Assembly (NCBI GenBank): GCA_019058445.1
Contig: JAHPZA010000004.1
Coordinates: forward strand, 386,184 to 450,183
Length of the DNA: 64,000 nt
From: Promethearchaeota archaeon
GTDB lineage: Archaea; Asgardarchaeota; Lokiarchaeia; Sigyniarchaeales; SOKP01
Reading direction: 5' to 3'
The notes beneath the pieces were generated by a model. The model saw nothing but the letters and a program-made list of their open reading frames with translations, was not told the origin of the DNA and searched no databases. Every line of letters starts with the position of its first letter. Positions within the stretch are counted from its first letter, which is position 1. The position numbers and the translations under genes were made by a program. Positions 40,140 to 50,535 of this stretch are shown one piece after another.

Positions 40140-41525
40140 TTATCCTATTTCCCAATTGCCCGGATTCATTATTCCATTCGGATCCAAAGAACTTCTTATG
40201 CTTTTAAAGAGTTTTTTATATTTGTCGTCCAATTTATCTAGTATTAGTTTTTGAGCATTTAATTCTGCTTTCCAGGGAATGCCCCCCATGTCTAAAACAG
40301 CCTTATTTGTGTCTTCTAAAGCATTTCTCGCATTTTGTATGTCCTTAGGATCTGCCCTGTTAAAAGCATAAGATATAAAAAATAGGATGTTATGCCCTTT
40401 TCCAATAACTCTGCACCCCATGGTAGGAATAATACCATGCTTAGAAGATATTAAAGATCCTTTGGTTAAAGCTTCAGGTATCTTTTTCAGCGGCAACATT
40501 GCTCCTACGTATTCAAAACCACCTCCCTTTCGAAAGTCCGCCGTGGTTGAGTAGAAAATGGGTTTCTCTAAGAAAAAGTCTTTCATTCGTGGTGGTAATT
40601 TCATTTGGCGCCCTTTTACGCCCTGGTAAATCTTTTTTAACGCTTCATTTTTCCTGTTTAACTCTTCTTCAGTATTTCCATTTATGAATACAAGTGCGAA
40701 AATGTGACCTTTCATCCAGTTTGGCTTATCTTGGATGGCCAATAGAATGTCTTCTACTAACTCAGAGTGGGTGAGGTTTAGCACAAGGTCTGGAATTGCG
40801 TTTATATCATCAAAAACGCCCACAACTAGATCTCTCAATTTTGGTTTCGGATATAATTTTATGGACAATTTAGTGGCTATTCCTAGGGTACCAAAAGAAC
40901 TTACGAATAAGCCAATTAAGTCTGGTATGGGGCCTCTCGTAAACCAAAAATCAGAAACCGCACACGACCCTAATCTAGCTAATTCTCCATTTGGCAACAC
41001 GACTTCCAAGCCATTAATCGTGTCTCCATGATCTCCGTATTTTTGCGAAAGAAATCCCGACCCATGAATCAAGACGTTTCCCGCGATGGTAATTGATGGG
41101 GGCGCGTCGGGAATAGAGGCTTGTAAGTTAGGAAACTTACGTTGAAGGTAGGATTTCAACTTACCCGAAGTGACCCCCGCTTCGATAAGAGCATATCGAC
41201 TCATCTCGTTTATTTTAATGATTCGATCCATTCTTTTCATATCGACGACAATGCCCCCTTTAACTGGGATGGTTAGTCCGCTTAATGTCATCCCCCCACC
41301 CATAGGTACTATGGGGATTTTTTCTTCATTAGCTAAGCGCACGATGCTTTGGACTTGTTCTACCGTTCGAGGCATAATCACATAATCCAAAGGACGAGGA
41401 AGTGAGGTTCCAGAATCTTGGGAATAAATAAAAAGATCTTCTGGTTTATTAGATACAAAATCTTGACCAACAATATTTTCTAACTTGGTCAAAATTACTT
41501 CCTTTTTGGTCATAGACAACTCCAT
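40140..41525 (-). CDS. FAD-binding oxidoreductase, tandem copy 1
   Basis: Same motifs as neighbours. Confidence 0.9.
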   Translation of the reverse strand: MELSMTKKEVILTKLENIVGQDFVSNKPEDLFIYSQDSGTSLPRPLDYVIMPRTVEQVQSIVRLANEEKIPIVPMGGGMTLSGLTIPVKGGIVVDMKRMDRIIKINEMSRYALIEAGVTSGKLKSYLQRKFPNLQASIPDAPPSITIAGNVLIHGSGFLSQKYGDHGDTINGLEVVLPNGELARLGSCAVSDFWFTRGPIPDLIGLFVSSFGTLGIATKLSIKLYPKPKLRDLVVGVFDDINAIPDLVLNLTHSELVEDILLAIQDKPNWMKGHIFALVFINGNTEEELNRKNEALKKIYQGVKGRQMKLPPRMKDFFLEKPIFYSTTADFRKGGGFEYVGAMLPLKKIPEALTKGSLISSKHGIIPTMGCRVIGKGHNILFFISYAFNRADPKDIQNARNALEDTNKAVLDMGGIPWKAELNAQKLILDKLDDKYKKLFKSIRSSLDPNGIMNPGNWEIG

Positions 41526-41757
41526 AATCCAAATCAGCTCCTAATTAGTAACTAAAGGTGGTTGTTAAATGTCTTATAGTTGGATAATATAATATTTTCA
41601 TTTCCTTATTTTAATACTTTTTTCAAGTTTAAAGAAGAATCTACAAAAAAATTATGTATCTTGATTTAAGAAGAATATGATATATACTATATGTATTTTA
41701 AGACTTACATCTAAAATGCTTGAATTTTAAATTTAAAAAAAAATTGAGAGGGTAATA

Positions 41758-42297
41758 TTACCAGGTTATATCAAATATAGCTTTATTTTGATCAATCATT
41801 TCAACTTTTCCGGTTTTAATACCCAACATTTCTAATATCCCTAAGTAAACACCTTTATATAACAGAGGATCATAACCGGGTGCTGGTGCCTCAATAACAA
41901 CATGACGATCCTCAGCAGTAAGAATTTTTCTGGGAATTACTGGAACACCCCCATCATCTTGATGATCCACGAGAAAATTCTCTGTTTCAAATAAAATCGC
42001 ATCCAACGGAGTCTTGATTTTATCAGGTGGTAAGCCAACAGTTCTATTCACTAGTGGATAAACATTCCTTCCCATGGTAACTATTGCTTTTCTACCTGTA
42101 GGTGAAGCATTAGCATAAGCTTTTAAAGCAAAATCAATTAATTCAGCACTATAATATTCTTCGGGTTCAAGTTCTTCGAAATGTTTTCCAGTTTTTGCAT
42201 AAATAGCCTCATCTGCTTTTTTTTTCTGTTCTTTATAAAGTGTCATTAATCTACCGATGAAAGTAATAAATTTACCTTTTACTTTAGCCATATACAT
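41758..42297 (-). CDS. Hypothetical protein, possibly V4R/H-NOX-like ligand-binding fold
   Basis: 179-aa ORF; C-terminal APGYDPLLYKGVYLGIL...FDITW resembles V4R-type C-termini. Confidence 0.5.
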   Translation of the reverse strand: MYMAKVKGKFITFIGRLMTLYKEQKKKADEAIYAKTGKHFEELEPEEYYSAELIDFALKAYANASPTGRKAIVTMGRNVYPLVNRTVGLPPDKIKTPLDAILFETENFLVDHQDDGGVPVIPRKILTAEDRHVVIEAPAPGYDPLLYKGVYLGILEMLGIKTGKVEMIDQNKAIFDITW

Positions 42298-42363
42298 ATC
42301 CCCTTATTAAATGTAAGTAACTTATTAATTTTCTTTGATTATTTAAATTTTCTTTGAATATAA

Positions 42364-42443
42364 TTTTTCGAACGGATGTATGTCACATTTTTGTAATTTC
42401 CAAATCTTAAGAGAACATCCTAAATATCATCTAATATCTCTAA
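42364..42443. repeat. 80-bp direct repeat X, copy 1 (other copy 43381-43460)
   Basis: Ungapped alignment with 16 mismatches in 80 nt; shared core atgtatgtcacat. Confidence 0.85.
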
Positions 42444-42469
42444 CTACTTAGAAAATATGAAATCTTAGA

Positions 42470-42537
42470 TTAATCATTAAATATGAAGTAGTTTTTTTAA
42501 AGAGAAATAAAGCGCCAATTTTATCTGAAGGTTCATT
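42470..42537 (-). pseudogene. Orphan 3' tail of the DUF1998 helicase gene (copy C)
   Basis: NEPSDKIGALFLFKK... versus the helicase end NEPLDKQGALFLLRKILDL*. Confidence 0.7.
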
Positions 42538-42627
42538 GTGGACTTTAACATAGTGATGTAAGATTTTTTACAATTTTGTTAATAAGGCCATATATTTATA
42601 AATTAATATGATTTAATCCATTATACC

Positions 42628-43281
42628 TTGTTGAGTATCGCTATATTACTATTCACTATTTTTGGTATATGGACAATCAAATTTATTCTCCCTCCAATCA
42701 TTAAGCGAATTCGAGGAAATAATTTACCTAAGGGATGCATTATAATAGATAGAGATATTCCAATAAACAAAAAGCAAAGACCGGGAAATAGATTGTCGCA
42801 GATAGCTGTTGGATTCGGGATATTTTATTCATATGTTATTCTATTTGACTATGCAATTCGCTTAACAATATTAGGTTTTGGCGAGCATAATTTATTTTTC
42901 ATAATGGAACTTCCTGTTGCGGTGAATTGGATAGGTATTATTGGAATGTGGCTCCTAGGCGTTTGGGTATCATTAACTTTTACTTATAATGTTAATTATA
43001 CTTCCTGTACAAACAAAATGAAAGTAGAAAAATATGTATTAACTACAGGAGGACCATATAAATATGTCCGACATCCGGCATATATTGCGGGAATATTTGA
43101 GAATTTGTTTATATTTCTGGCAACCGGTATATGGGGAATATTATTTGGCTTAATTGGTTTTTTAGCACTCCCTTACCAAGCAAAAGAGGAGGAAAAGATG
43201 CTGAGCGAAATATATGGTGAGATATATACTAATTACATGTCTAAAACGGGACGATTCTTTCCGATATTTAAAAGAAAATAA
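42628..43281 (+). CDS. Isoprenylcysteine carboxyl methyltransferase (ICMT/PEMT) family membrane protein
   Basis: LTTGGPYKYVRHPAY, EEEKML...YGE.Y..Y...TGRFFP. Confidence 0.88.
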   Translation: MLSIAILLFTIFGIWTIKFILPPIIKRIRGNNLPKGCIIIDRDIPINKKQRPGNRLSQIAVGFGIFYSYVILFDYAIRLTILGFGEHNLFFIMELPVAVNWIGIIGMWLLGVWVSLTFTYNVNYTSCTNKMKVEKYVLTTGGPYKYVRHPAYIAGIFENLFIFLATGIWGILFGLIGFLALPYQAKEEEKMLSEIYGEIYTNYMSKTGRFFPIFKRK

Positions 43282-43314
43282 TAAAGTTTTATATAATTAA
43301 TTAGAAGAAAAAAT

Positions 43315-43377
43315 TTAATCTTTAATATTAAGAAGCTTCTTTATTAAGAGCAAAGCTCCCTTTTTGTCAAGTGGTTC
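43315..43377 (-). pseudogene. Orphan 3' tail of the DUF1998 helicase gene (copy B)
   Basis: EPLDKKGALLLIKKLLNIKD* versus EPLDKQGALFLLRKILDL*. Confidence 0.75.
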
Positions 43378-43380
43378 ACA

Positions 43381-43460
43381 TTTTTCTAACACATGTATGT
43401 CACATCCTTGAAATTCCCAAATATTAGGAGGATATCCTATATATTATCTAAACCCTCTAA
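43381..43460. repeat. 80-bp direct repeat X, copy 2
   Basis: About 80% identical to 42364-42443. Confidence 0.85.
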
Positions 43461-43474
43461 ATTCTTTAATGTAA

Positions 43475-44245
43475 TTAAGAGTTATTTGAAGAACAAAACA
43501 AGATATCATGTTTAATTTTCTCAACTTTATTATAATTTTTAAAGACAAAACCTACAAAGATAAAAATAAATATAAAAACTAGAATTAAATCAATTATAAA
43601 TAAAATCGAACAAATATAAACGATTATTATAAACACAGGATAAACCTTAGCCAATAAAATATTGGCTAAACCAACTATTAGAATTAATGGTACTAAAAAA
43701 ACAAGAATTCCCGTTATATTTTCTATTTTTCTAATCTTCGATGAAAATATATTATATGGAGTAAGATCACCAGTAAATTTGCGAGACTTTGTTTCATTTA
43801 GCTTAAGAAATTCATTAGTCCAAACATTATTTTTCACGTAAATAATCGATTCAAACTTAAAAAATTCTAATTTAATATATTTTCTACTAGTTTTGGAGAA
43901 TCTTTCATAAAGACAAAAAATACTAATTAGGGATATAAACAATAAAAAAGAAATCCACCAGATAATTTGGATTATCATTAATAAAATAACAAGAAGAATC
44001 AATAAACCCCATAAATACAGACAAGGACTTATAGATGGTCTCCCTTTCAATTTGGAATGTCTTAAACAAGCCCACGCTTTAAAGTGTCTTTTATGATTTT
44101 TATCATACACATCAATTTTACTCTTAACCTCCTCACTACCACATATAGGACAGACTTTCGGAGGAATCAAATCAATTTCTTTATGCGATTCATCTTTAAA
44201 ATCATTTGTAATGAATAAAACATTAAATCCTGATATATCATCCAT
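43475..44245 (-). CDS. Hypothetical membrane protein with an N-terminal Zn-finger (CPIC...CLRH)
   Basis: PKVCPICG...WACLRH followed by four TM helices. Confidence 0.7.
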   Translation of the reverse strand: MDDISGFNVLFITNDFKDESHKEIDLIPPKVCPICGSEEVKSKIDVYDKNHKRHFKAWACLRHSKLKGRPSISPCLYLWGLLILLVILLMIIQIIWWISFLLFISLISIFCLYERFSKTSRKYIKLEFFKFESIIYVKNNVWTNEFLKLNETKSRKFTGDLTPYNIFSSKIRKIENITGILVFLVPLILIVGLANILLAKVYPVFIIIVYICSILFIIDLILVFIFIFIFVGFVFKNYNKVEKIKHDILFCSSNNS

Positions 44246-44294
44246 AAATATTCCTTTATTTATATTTAAAGTTCCGATTTCAGCTGAATTTTAT

Positions 44295-44648
44295 TTAAAA
44301 GTCTAATTTTAATAAAAATTCAATAAAATTTAAATCAGTATTACAATTTGGACATGTTTCAGCTTTTTTCATTTCACTAATATCAGCTCCGCATTTATAA
44401 CAGTAATTTTGATATGCCCTAAGATGGTTTATATTGCTTTTTACATTATTTATTGCTGAATTAAAATATATAAATAAGACATAAGTGGCTCCTACTGGAA
44501 CTATACTAAATCCTAAAATAAGCCATATCCCACCACATTCAAAAAGTTCTGGTGAGGAGATGAATAGTATTACAGATAACCCACTTAAACTAATATAAGC
44601 AGATATAATTTCAATTAAGCCTATGATTTTTATAGTTTTTAATTTCAT
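44295..44648 (-). CDS. Small 2-TM protein with a C-terminal zinc ribbon
   Basis: YCYKCG...TCPNC. Confidence 0.7.
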   Translation of the reverse strand: MKLKTIKIIGLIEIISAYISLSGLSVILFISSPELFECGGIWLILGFSIVPVGATYVLFIYFNSAINNVKSNINHLRAYQNYCYKCGADISEMKKAETCPNCNTDLNFIEFLLKLDF

Positions 44649-44714
44649 ATTATTTACAACTTTTCTTAGAATTTCATTTTAAATAAAAAATCTTTAAATT
44701 AATTTAAGTATAAA

Positions 44715-45047
44715 ATGAAATTGTTTAATAAAATTCCTATCAATCATTCTTAATTAACAACTCTTCAAGAGGATTTAATTCAACCTTTCCCTTTTTCTGT
44801 TAATATTGAAGGTATAAATTTATCTACTAAGAAAATTGCTTTGATAAATTTCAGTTTTTTATATAAATTGTTAAATTTGGATATTCAAACAAAAAACACA
44901 TTAGCTAAAATAATTTTGTTTAATAGCTTAGAAGATGTTGAAAAATTAAAAAGTCTAATAAATAAATTAGACCGTAATCCTCGACTAAAAATCTATAGTA
45001 TTAATGAATTCTAAACCTATCTTCAAAAAACCGTATTAGACAAATAG
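44715..45047 (+). pseudogene. Decayed ORF remnant of unknown function
   Basis: Protein-like frame MKLFNKIPINHS*LTTLQEDLIQ...KIYSINEF*TYLQKTVLDK* with two internal TAA. Confidence 0.35.
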
Positions 45048-45069
45048 ACGAGAAATTATAAATAATACT

Positions 45070-47391
45070 TTAGAGGTCTAAAATCTTTCTAAGTAAAAAC
45101 AAAGCACCTTGCTTGTCTAAAGGTTCATTATTATTTCCGCATTTGGGGCTCATTATGCAACATGGACAACCGTTTGGCTCATCACAGCTACAAGAATCAA
45201 TTAATATGTGTGTCAGGACCAATAAATCTGTCAGACTATTGTAGAGCGATTCAGCGATCCCTATACCACCTCTGTATGCGTCATAAATATAGATAATTGG
45301 TTGCTGTTTAACTGGATCGAAATCTATGGAAAGCCCGCCAAGGTCCCATCTGGAAATTTGGGCTAACGCCGGCGCCATTGCTATCATGGCATGTTCAATC
45401 GCATGCACCGTCCCGCCAAGATCATGCCCTTCCATTTCTAGTTCTTTTTGAAATTCATAAGGAATTAAAAACCAAAGTGCTTGAGATTCAAATTCGATAA
45501 TAGGAATATCGTCTAAGGGAAATCTTGAACGAATTTCTTGAGTTAAAGTATCAATAACCTTGTAAGAATAATATTCATGTTCGACCTTCACATTTCCAAA
45601 ATGAGCTTTTATTTGATTTTTTGGTCCAGTTTCTTTTTCTAAAAGTATTTCTAAAGGAGTAATATCGGTATGTTTTAATGATTGTGTGTAAAAGTCAATG
45701 TTTGCTCTCGTAATGTATACTTTTCTCGCTTCAAAATCAAGTTCTTCTACAATATATGTCTCAGCCTCATAAAGATACACTGCCCCATGATGTAAGTCTC
45801 TAAAAACATAACTCTCATCTTCCACAGTTAAGTATTCTTCTTTAGTAGGAGTTCTTAAAATAATCTTATAACTTCGATCAGAGAGATTATTCAATCCATA
45901 TTTCTCATTTGGGAAAAAGTCACCTTTCCAATAATACTTATCACCCCGTTTCATAAGTAGTGATTCAGAAACTAATTCTTCAAGAGATTCTATAAAAATG
46001 GCTTTATCAGGCTTGCCGAATTTATAATAATCATTACTTTTTAGAGGAATTTCTTTCGCAGCACAACACAAATGATTTTTTAAAATATATTTATTATTTA
46101 AAGTAATCAAGACCTCTTCCTTGATTGGTCCAAATAAAATCTCTGGATTATGAATATAAAATAAATCTAGGGGATTTGGCATAGGAACTAAAGTAGATAA
46201 TGATAGTTCTTCCCCTCTACCAGAACGACCAATTTGCTGCCGAAAACTTGAAATGGTGCCCGGAAATCCAGAACTAATAGTGGCTTCCAATGAGCCAATA
46301 TCTATTCCTAATTCTAATGCATTTGTAGAACTGATCCCTAATATTTCTTTGCGTTTAAATCGCTGTTCAATTTCTCTTCTTTTATTTTTACTAATGCCTG
46401 CTCTATAACTAAAGATTTTGTCCCTTAGATTGGGTAACGCTTCTCTTGTCCAAATTGCTTGAAGTTCAGCCATTTTTCGTGATAATGTAAAGGTTAAGGT
46501 TTGAATTCCATTGTTGTATTTTAAATGACTTAAAAATAAATTTTTCGTTTCTTGATGAGCAGAACGGTATTTTCCAGTAATTTTATCATAAGGCAAATCC
46601 CACATAATAACTTTTTTTTTTCCCGAAGGTGAGTCATCCTTATCTATAACAACAAACTCTTCTCCCACTAACTTTTCAGCAAAATCTTTGGCATTATTAA
46701 TGGTGGCGCTAGATAAAATCCAAATGGGTTTTACATTATATAATTCAAGGATTCTTTTTAGCCGTCTTATCAATAAAGCGAAATTAGAACCAAAAATTCC
46801 CCGATATATATGAATTTCATCTAATACAACATATTTTAAGTTTTTACATATTCGCTGCCATTTCTGTTTAAACCAGGGCAAATAAAAGTGAAGCCCATAA
46901 GGATTAGTAATTATAATGTTAGCACTTGATAGTACTTGCCTTTTTTCATTAGGTTCAATATCGCCGTCATAAATTCCAAGTCTGGATTTTTTGATATTAG
47001 TATCTTCCATTAATTTTGAAAGCACATTAAATTGATCCCTTGCAAGAGCTTTCGTCGGAAAAATATAAATGGCAGTTGATTCTTCATCTTTAAAAATTGA
47101 CTGTAAAACGGGTAAATTGTAGCAGAGAGATTTTCCTGATGCTGTGGAAGTGACTATTACCGTATTATTCCCATTTAATATGCTATTAATAGCTTCAGTC
47201 TGGTGACCCCATAATTCTATCGAATTGTTATCTAACCAACGCTGTAATCTTTTTCTCAATGATTTCTCTAATTCACCATATTTAGCCTTTTTAGCGGGAA
47301 TATTTTGAATGTAAGAGATTTGTCCAGAATAATAATCTTGAGATTTAATATAGGCTAAAAATTCTTCAAAATCAACCATAGATTGTGTCAT
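45070..47391 (-). CDS. DEAD/DEAH-box helicase with C-terminal DUF1998 Zn domain (Hrq1/MrfA/SftH-like)
   Basis: TASGKS, PTKALARDQ, DEIH, SAT, TNALELGIDIG, QQIGRSGR, YDAYRGG.G, CSC...GCPCC..SPKCGN. Confidence 0.95.
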   Translation of the reverse strand: MTQSMVDFEEFLAYIKSQDYYSGQISYIQNIPAKKAKYGELEKSLRKRLQRWLDNNSIELWGHQTEAINSILNGNNTVIVTSTASGKSLCYNLPVLQSIFKDEESTAIYIFPTKALARDQFNVLSKLMEDTNIKKSRLGIYDGDIEPNEKRQVLSSANIIITNPYGLHFYLPWFKQKWQRICKNLKYVVLDEIHIYRGIFGSNFALLIRRLKRILELYNVKPIWILSSATINNAKDFAEKLVGEEFVVIDKDDSPSGKKKVIMWDLPYDKITGKYRSAHQETKNLFLSHLKYNNGIQTLTFTLSRKMAELQAIWTREALPNLRDKIFSYRAGISKNKRREIEQRFKRKEILGISSTNALELGIDIGSLEATISSGFPGTISSFRQQIGRSGRGEELSLSTLVPMPNPLDLFYIHNPEILFGPIKEEVLITLNNKYILKNHLCCAAKEIPLKSNDYYKFGKPDKAIFIESLEELVSESLLMKRGDKYYWKGDFFPNEKYGLNNLSDRSYKIILRTPTKEEYLTVEDESYVFRDLHHGAVYLYEAETYIVEELDFEARKVYITRANIDFYTQSLKHTDITPLEILLEKETGPKNQIKAHFGNVKVEHEYYSYKVIDTLTQEIRSRFPLDDIPIIEFESQALWFLIPYEFQKELEMEGHDLGGTVHAIEHAMIAMAPALAQISRWDLGGLSIDFDPVKQQPIIYIYDAYRGGIGIAESLYNSLTDLLVLTHILIDSCSCDEPNGCPCCIMSPKCGNNNEPLDKQGALFLLRKILDL

Positions 47392-47574
47392 TATTTAAAA
47401 TGATTGTGGCTAATTAAAAATTTCAAAAGCTTGTAGATTTAATAATTTTTATTAAGAGTTAAAATTAAATTTCTAAACTCTTTTGTTTTTTAAAAGTATA
47501 AATATATATAGTTCATCTATAATTTATGATATTATAGAAAAGAAATGTATATACACAAATAATAGTGAATTAAA

Positions 47575-47904
47575 ATGGCTGGTGCTGCAAAAACCTGTTT
47601 AATATGTCTAGGGCTGATTCTGATTATAATAGGTCTCATAGCTTTGCGGAATGGAGGCATTATATTACTTATTACTGGCGCAGTATTATTTATCGTGGGG
47701 ATTTGTTCCTCCAGAAAAGCATCAAAAAGTCTTGATAAAACGCCCATTACGAAAACAACTCCTAAATCTGAAACGATCCCGCCTCCACAAGCTAGTCCGC
47801 AAAAAGTTCCAGAACCAAAAGTCGAAACTCCCAGGTATTGTTCGCTTTGTGGTGCTGAAGTTAAAGGAGAGTATTGCCCTGATTGTGGAACAAAGATTGA
47901 ATAA
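47575..47904 (+). CDS. Small 2-TM protein with Pro-rich linker and zinc ribbon
   Basis: YCSLCG...YCPDCG. Confidence 0.75.
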   Translation: MAGAAKTCLICLGLILIIIGLIALRNGGIILLITGAVLFIVGICSSRKASKSLDKTPITKTTPKSETIPPPQASPQKVPEPKVETPRYCSLCGAEVKGEYCPDCGTKIE

Positions 47905-48055
47905 GACCAATTTGAGTAGTTTGCTCAATATTTTTTCATTAATTTTTTATTATTTTTTTTTAGATAAGAAGTTAAATTCATAAATTTCAAAATTATATGA
48001 TTTTTAATAAGTCTAAATAAATTAATAAAAATATTTAAAATTCTTTTAAAGGAAG

Positions 48056-49048
48056 ATGCTTACTTCCAAATGGGAAAAAGTAGATTTTCAGCAATTTGTA
48101 AATGATTTTGGCACTAAAATTATATTAGAAAATGCTCCAACTTTATTGTATTCCAACAAGGAAAAGGAACATGAAGCTTATAATTCCTTAATCGCGTTTT
48201 TTTTAGTTGGTGCGGGATTGTGTTTGTACGTATCAATTTCATTATTCTTAATGGAAGTTTATTTTAATATCTTCACTTTTATTATCATTACCATTTTATT
48301 AACCACTTTTGATATAGTGTTACTATTCAATTATATTAGATCTAAAGTGCATATTAAGCCTATAGAGTGTTGGATTGAGGTTTACAAATATTTAGATTTT
48401 TATTGCCTTTCTTATTATCCCATCTTTTCGGGGAAAAGTCTTCCCAATAAAGCGAAAGACGTCATTTATAAGCTGTACCAAAACGAAGTCTTACATCATA
48501 AAATTAATATTACTCAGATTGAAGTTTATTTAGAAATTTCTCAAGCTGATGATAGCAATTATAAAAAATTAGGTTTCTTTTTCCAATACGGGAGGGGAAA
48601 AGATTTTAAAGATGATGAGATCGAACGCAATTCTTGGAAATATTTTTCAGCTGATACATCATTGAATGAAAATTACTTAGCTGTTGCAAATTGGGATCAC
48701 CAATATGAGTGGCGTTTAGATCTAGAACAGGATTTTGACAAAATTAATGTGTTTTCCCCGTGGGTAATTAAAAAATGGGATCAAACCAACTTAAAACCTC
48801 TCACAGAAGATTTTAAAAAGAAGATCAAATGGCACCTTCTAAATTTAAAATCTGAACCCAAATTAAAACCTTGGAATGGAAATATTGAGGAACAAACATA
48901 TCAAAACAAGAATGCTTATAAAGATTTAGAAATAATAGATGAAGCGATTGAAAAAATCATCGGACCAAATGTAGAATTAAACAAACTTGGAGACCTTGAA
49001 AAACAGCTTTTAAAGTTTAAAATATATTTTAGAGATTTGAAATTGTAG
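48056..49048 (+). CDS. Hypothetical membrane-associated protein
   Basis: 330-aa ATG ORF with two TM helices near the N-terminus. Confidence 0.7.
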   Translation: MLTSKWEKVDFQQFVNDFGTKIILENAPTLLYSNKEKEHEAYNSLIAFFLVGAGLCLYVSISLFLMEVYFNIFTFIIITILLTTFDIVLLFNYIRSKVHIKPIECWIEVYKYLDFYCLSYYPIFSGKSLPNKAKDVIYKLYQNEVLHHKINITQIEVYLEISQADDSNYKKLGFFFQYGRGKDFKDDEIERNSWKYFSADTSLNENYLAVANWDHQYEWRLDLEQDFDKINVFSPWVIKKWDQTNLKPLTEDFKKKIKWHLLNLKSEPKLKPWNGNIEEQTYQNKNAYKDLEIIDEAIEKIIGPNVELNKLGDLEKQLLKFKIYFRDLKL

Positions 49049-49095
49049 CCTTATTTTGGCTAGTTTATATAATATTTTTAAAAAAATTAGAAATA

Positions 49096-50529
49096 TTGAT
49101 AAAAGTAAAAGAACATAATTTGACTAATAATAACTTTTATTTTCCTAAAATACAAATTTTATGGAGTGAATTAATTTTGGAATCATCACAAACAGTATCA
49201 AAAATAGAAATTCCTGTAAATAAAATCTTTTATAGTAAAGATTCAAAGGTACTCTCTGTTGAAGTGCTCGGATTTACGTTTATAGGTCATTATAAAAAAT
49301 CTTCCACAATAGGGGAGATATTGGATGATATTTTTAACTCATTACGCCACATCCAAATAGAAAGGGGTAGTATTTTTATTATCGATGCTGCACATCTACA
49401 TATACCTGAAACAACGAAATTAAAGAATTTAAAAATAAAAGAGAAAATATTTATTGAAGAAAAGGAAAAAAAAGTAGAGGAGAAAGTAGAGAAAAAAAAA
49501 AGTAGGAAAAAAAGGTATACTAGTACTAAAGATATCGGCGAACCCATTGAAGAGGTCGCTGAAGAAGAAGAAATGGAAGAATCTTTTGATGATAGGGAAG
49601 CGAAACCTAAAGCAGATGAACTTGAACTACGAAAATCAATGGAGGAAGAATTATCTGGATTAAAACTAAGCAAACCCCAACCCGCAAAAAAAGAAAAAGA
49701 AGTATCACCCCCTCGAATCCCTAAAGCACCCCCAGCTGCAGGACCAGCTACTGGTGCTGCTCGAGATTCCTTAGTTTCCGACCTAAAGCGATCAGAAGAT
49801 CTTGAAACTGAAGCTGAAGAAGAACCCAAACCAACCAGATACGATATCAATATGGGGTTTCAATACTATTCAGTAATGATGGAAAATCAATCGTACTTCT
49901 TTTATGTTTACTTAAGTTTTAAAGAATTAATAATTCAAGATGAAGAGGGTAAGACAGTTTATAAAACTCGATTTTCTATAACCACGACTAAGGAAGAACC
50001 TCCCATATTAGATTTGAGAATTGAGGGAGAAGGTTTTGAAGTCCATCCTCTAAGCGGTAAAGTTGAAGTCAAAAAAGATTTCGTCAATCCTCCCGTAATG
50101 ATATTTTCAGTTCTTCCGATAAAATCAAAAAAGAAAAAAAAGAAAAAAGAAAGCGAGAAGAGATTCCTTAACGTATATGTTGATTTTGAAGGAAAAACGG
50201 TTAGTCATTCGATTTTATCAATAGTTGTTCAACCTAAACATTTTCATTTAGATGTTGGTCCCTTTCATTTCGACTTGACTAAAACCCAAGCCATGTTAAT
50301 ATCTTTTATCTCAATATTAATAACCATAGGATCGGTTGCGTATTCATTGTTAACCTTAGATATTTCAGGACCTACGACGGATGTAATAACTGGGTTCGTT
50401 CCAGGAATAGGATCTTTGATTTTCTTAGGCACGTTTCTCTATACCCTAATAAAAGAAGGAATATATCCCGTGCAACAACAATTAAATAGTCTCCTTAACT
50501 TCGATAAGGGTATTACTACGCTAAAGTAA
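49096..50529 (+). CDS. Hypothetical protein: charged low-complexity middle, beta-rich domain, two C-terminal TM helices
   Basis: 477-aa ORF; true start may be slightly downstream. Confidence 0.65.
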   Translation: MIKVKEHNLTNNNFYFPKIQILWSELILESSQTVSKIEIPVNKIFYSKDSKVLSVEVLGFTFIGHYKKSSTIGEILDDIFNSLRHIQIERGSIFIIDAAHLHIPETTKLKNLKIKEKIFIEEKEKKVEEKVEKKKSRKKRYTSTKDIGEPIEEVAEEEEMEESFDDREAKPKADELELRKSMEEELSGLKLSKPQPAKKEKEVSPPRIPKAPPAAGPATGAARDSLVSDLKRSEDLETEAEEEPKPTRYDINMGFQYYSVMMENQSYFFYVYLSFKELIIQDEEGKTVYKTRFSITTTKEEPPILDLRIEGEGFEVHPLSGKVEVKKDFVNPPVMIFSVLPIKSKKKKKKKESEKRFLNVYVDFEGKTVSHSILSIVVQPKHFHLDVGPFHFDLTKTQAMLISFISILITIGSVAYSLLTLDISGPTTDVITGFVPGIGSLIFLGTFLYTLIKEGIYPVQQQLNSLLNFDKGITTLK

Positions 50530-50535
50530 GTAAGC

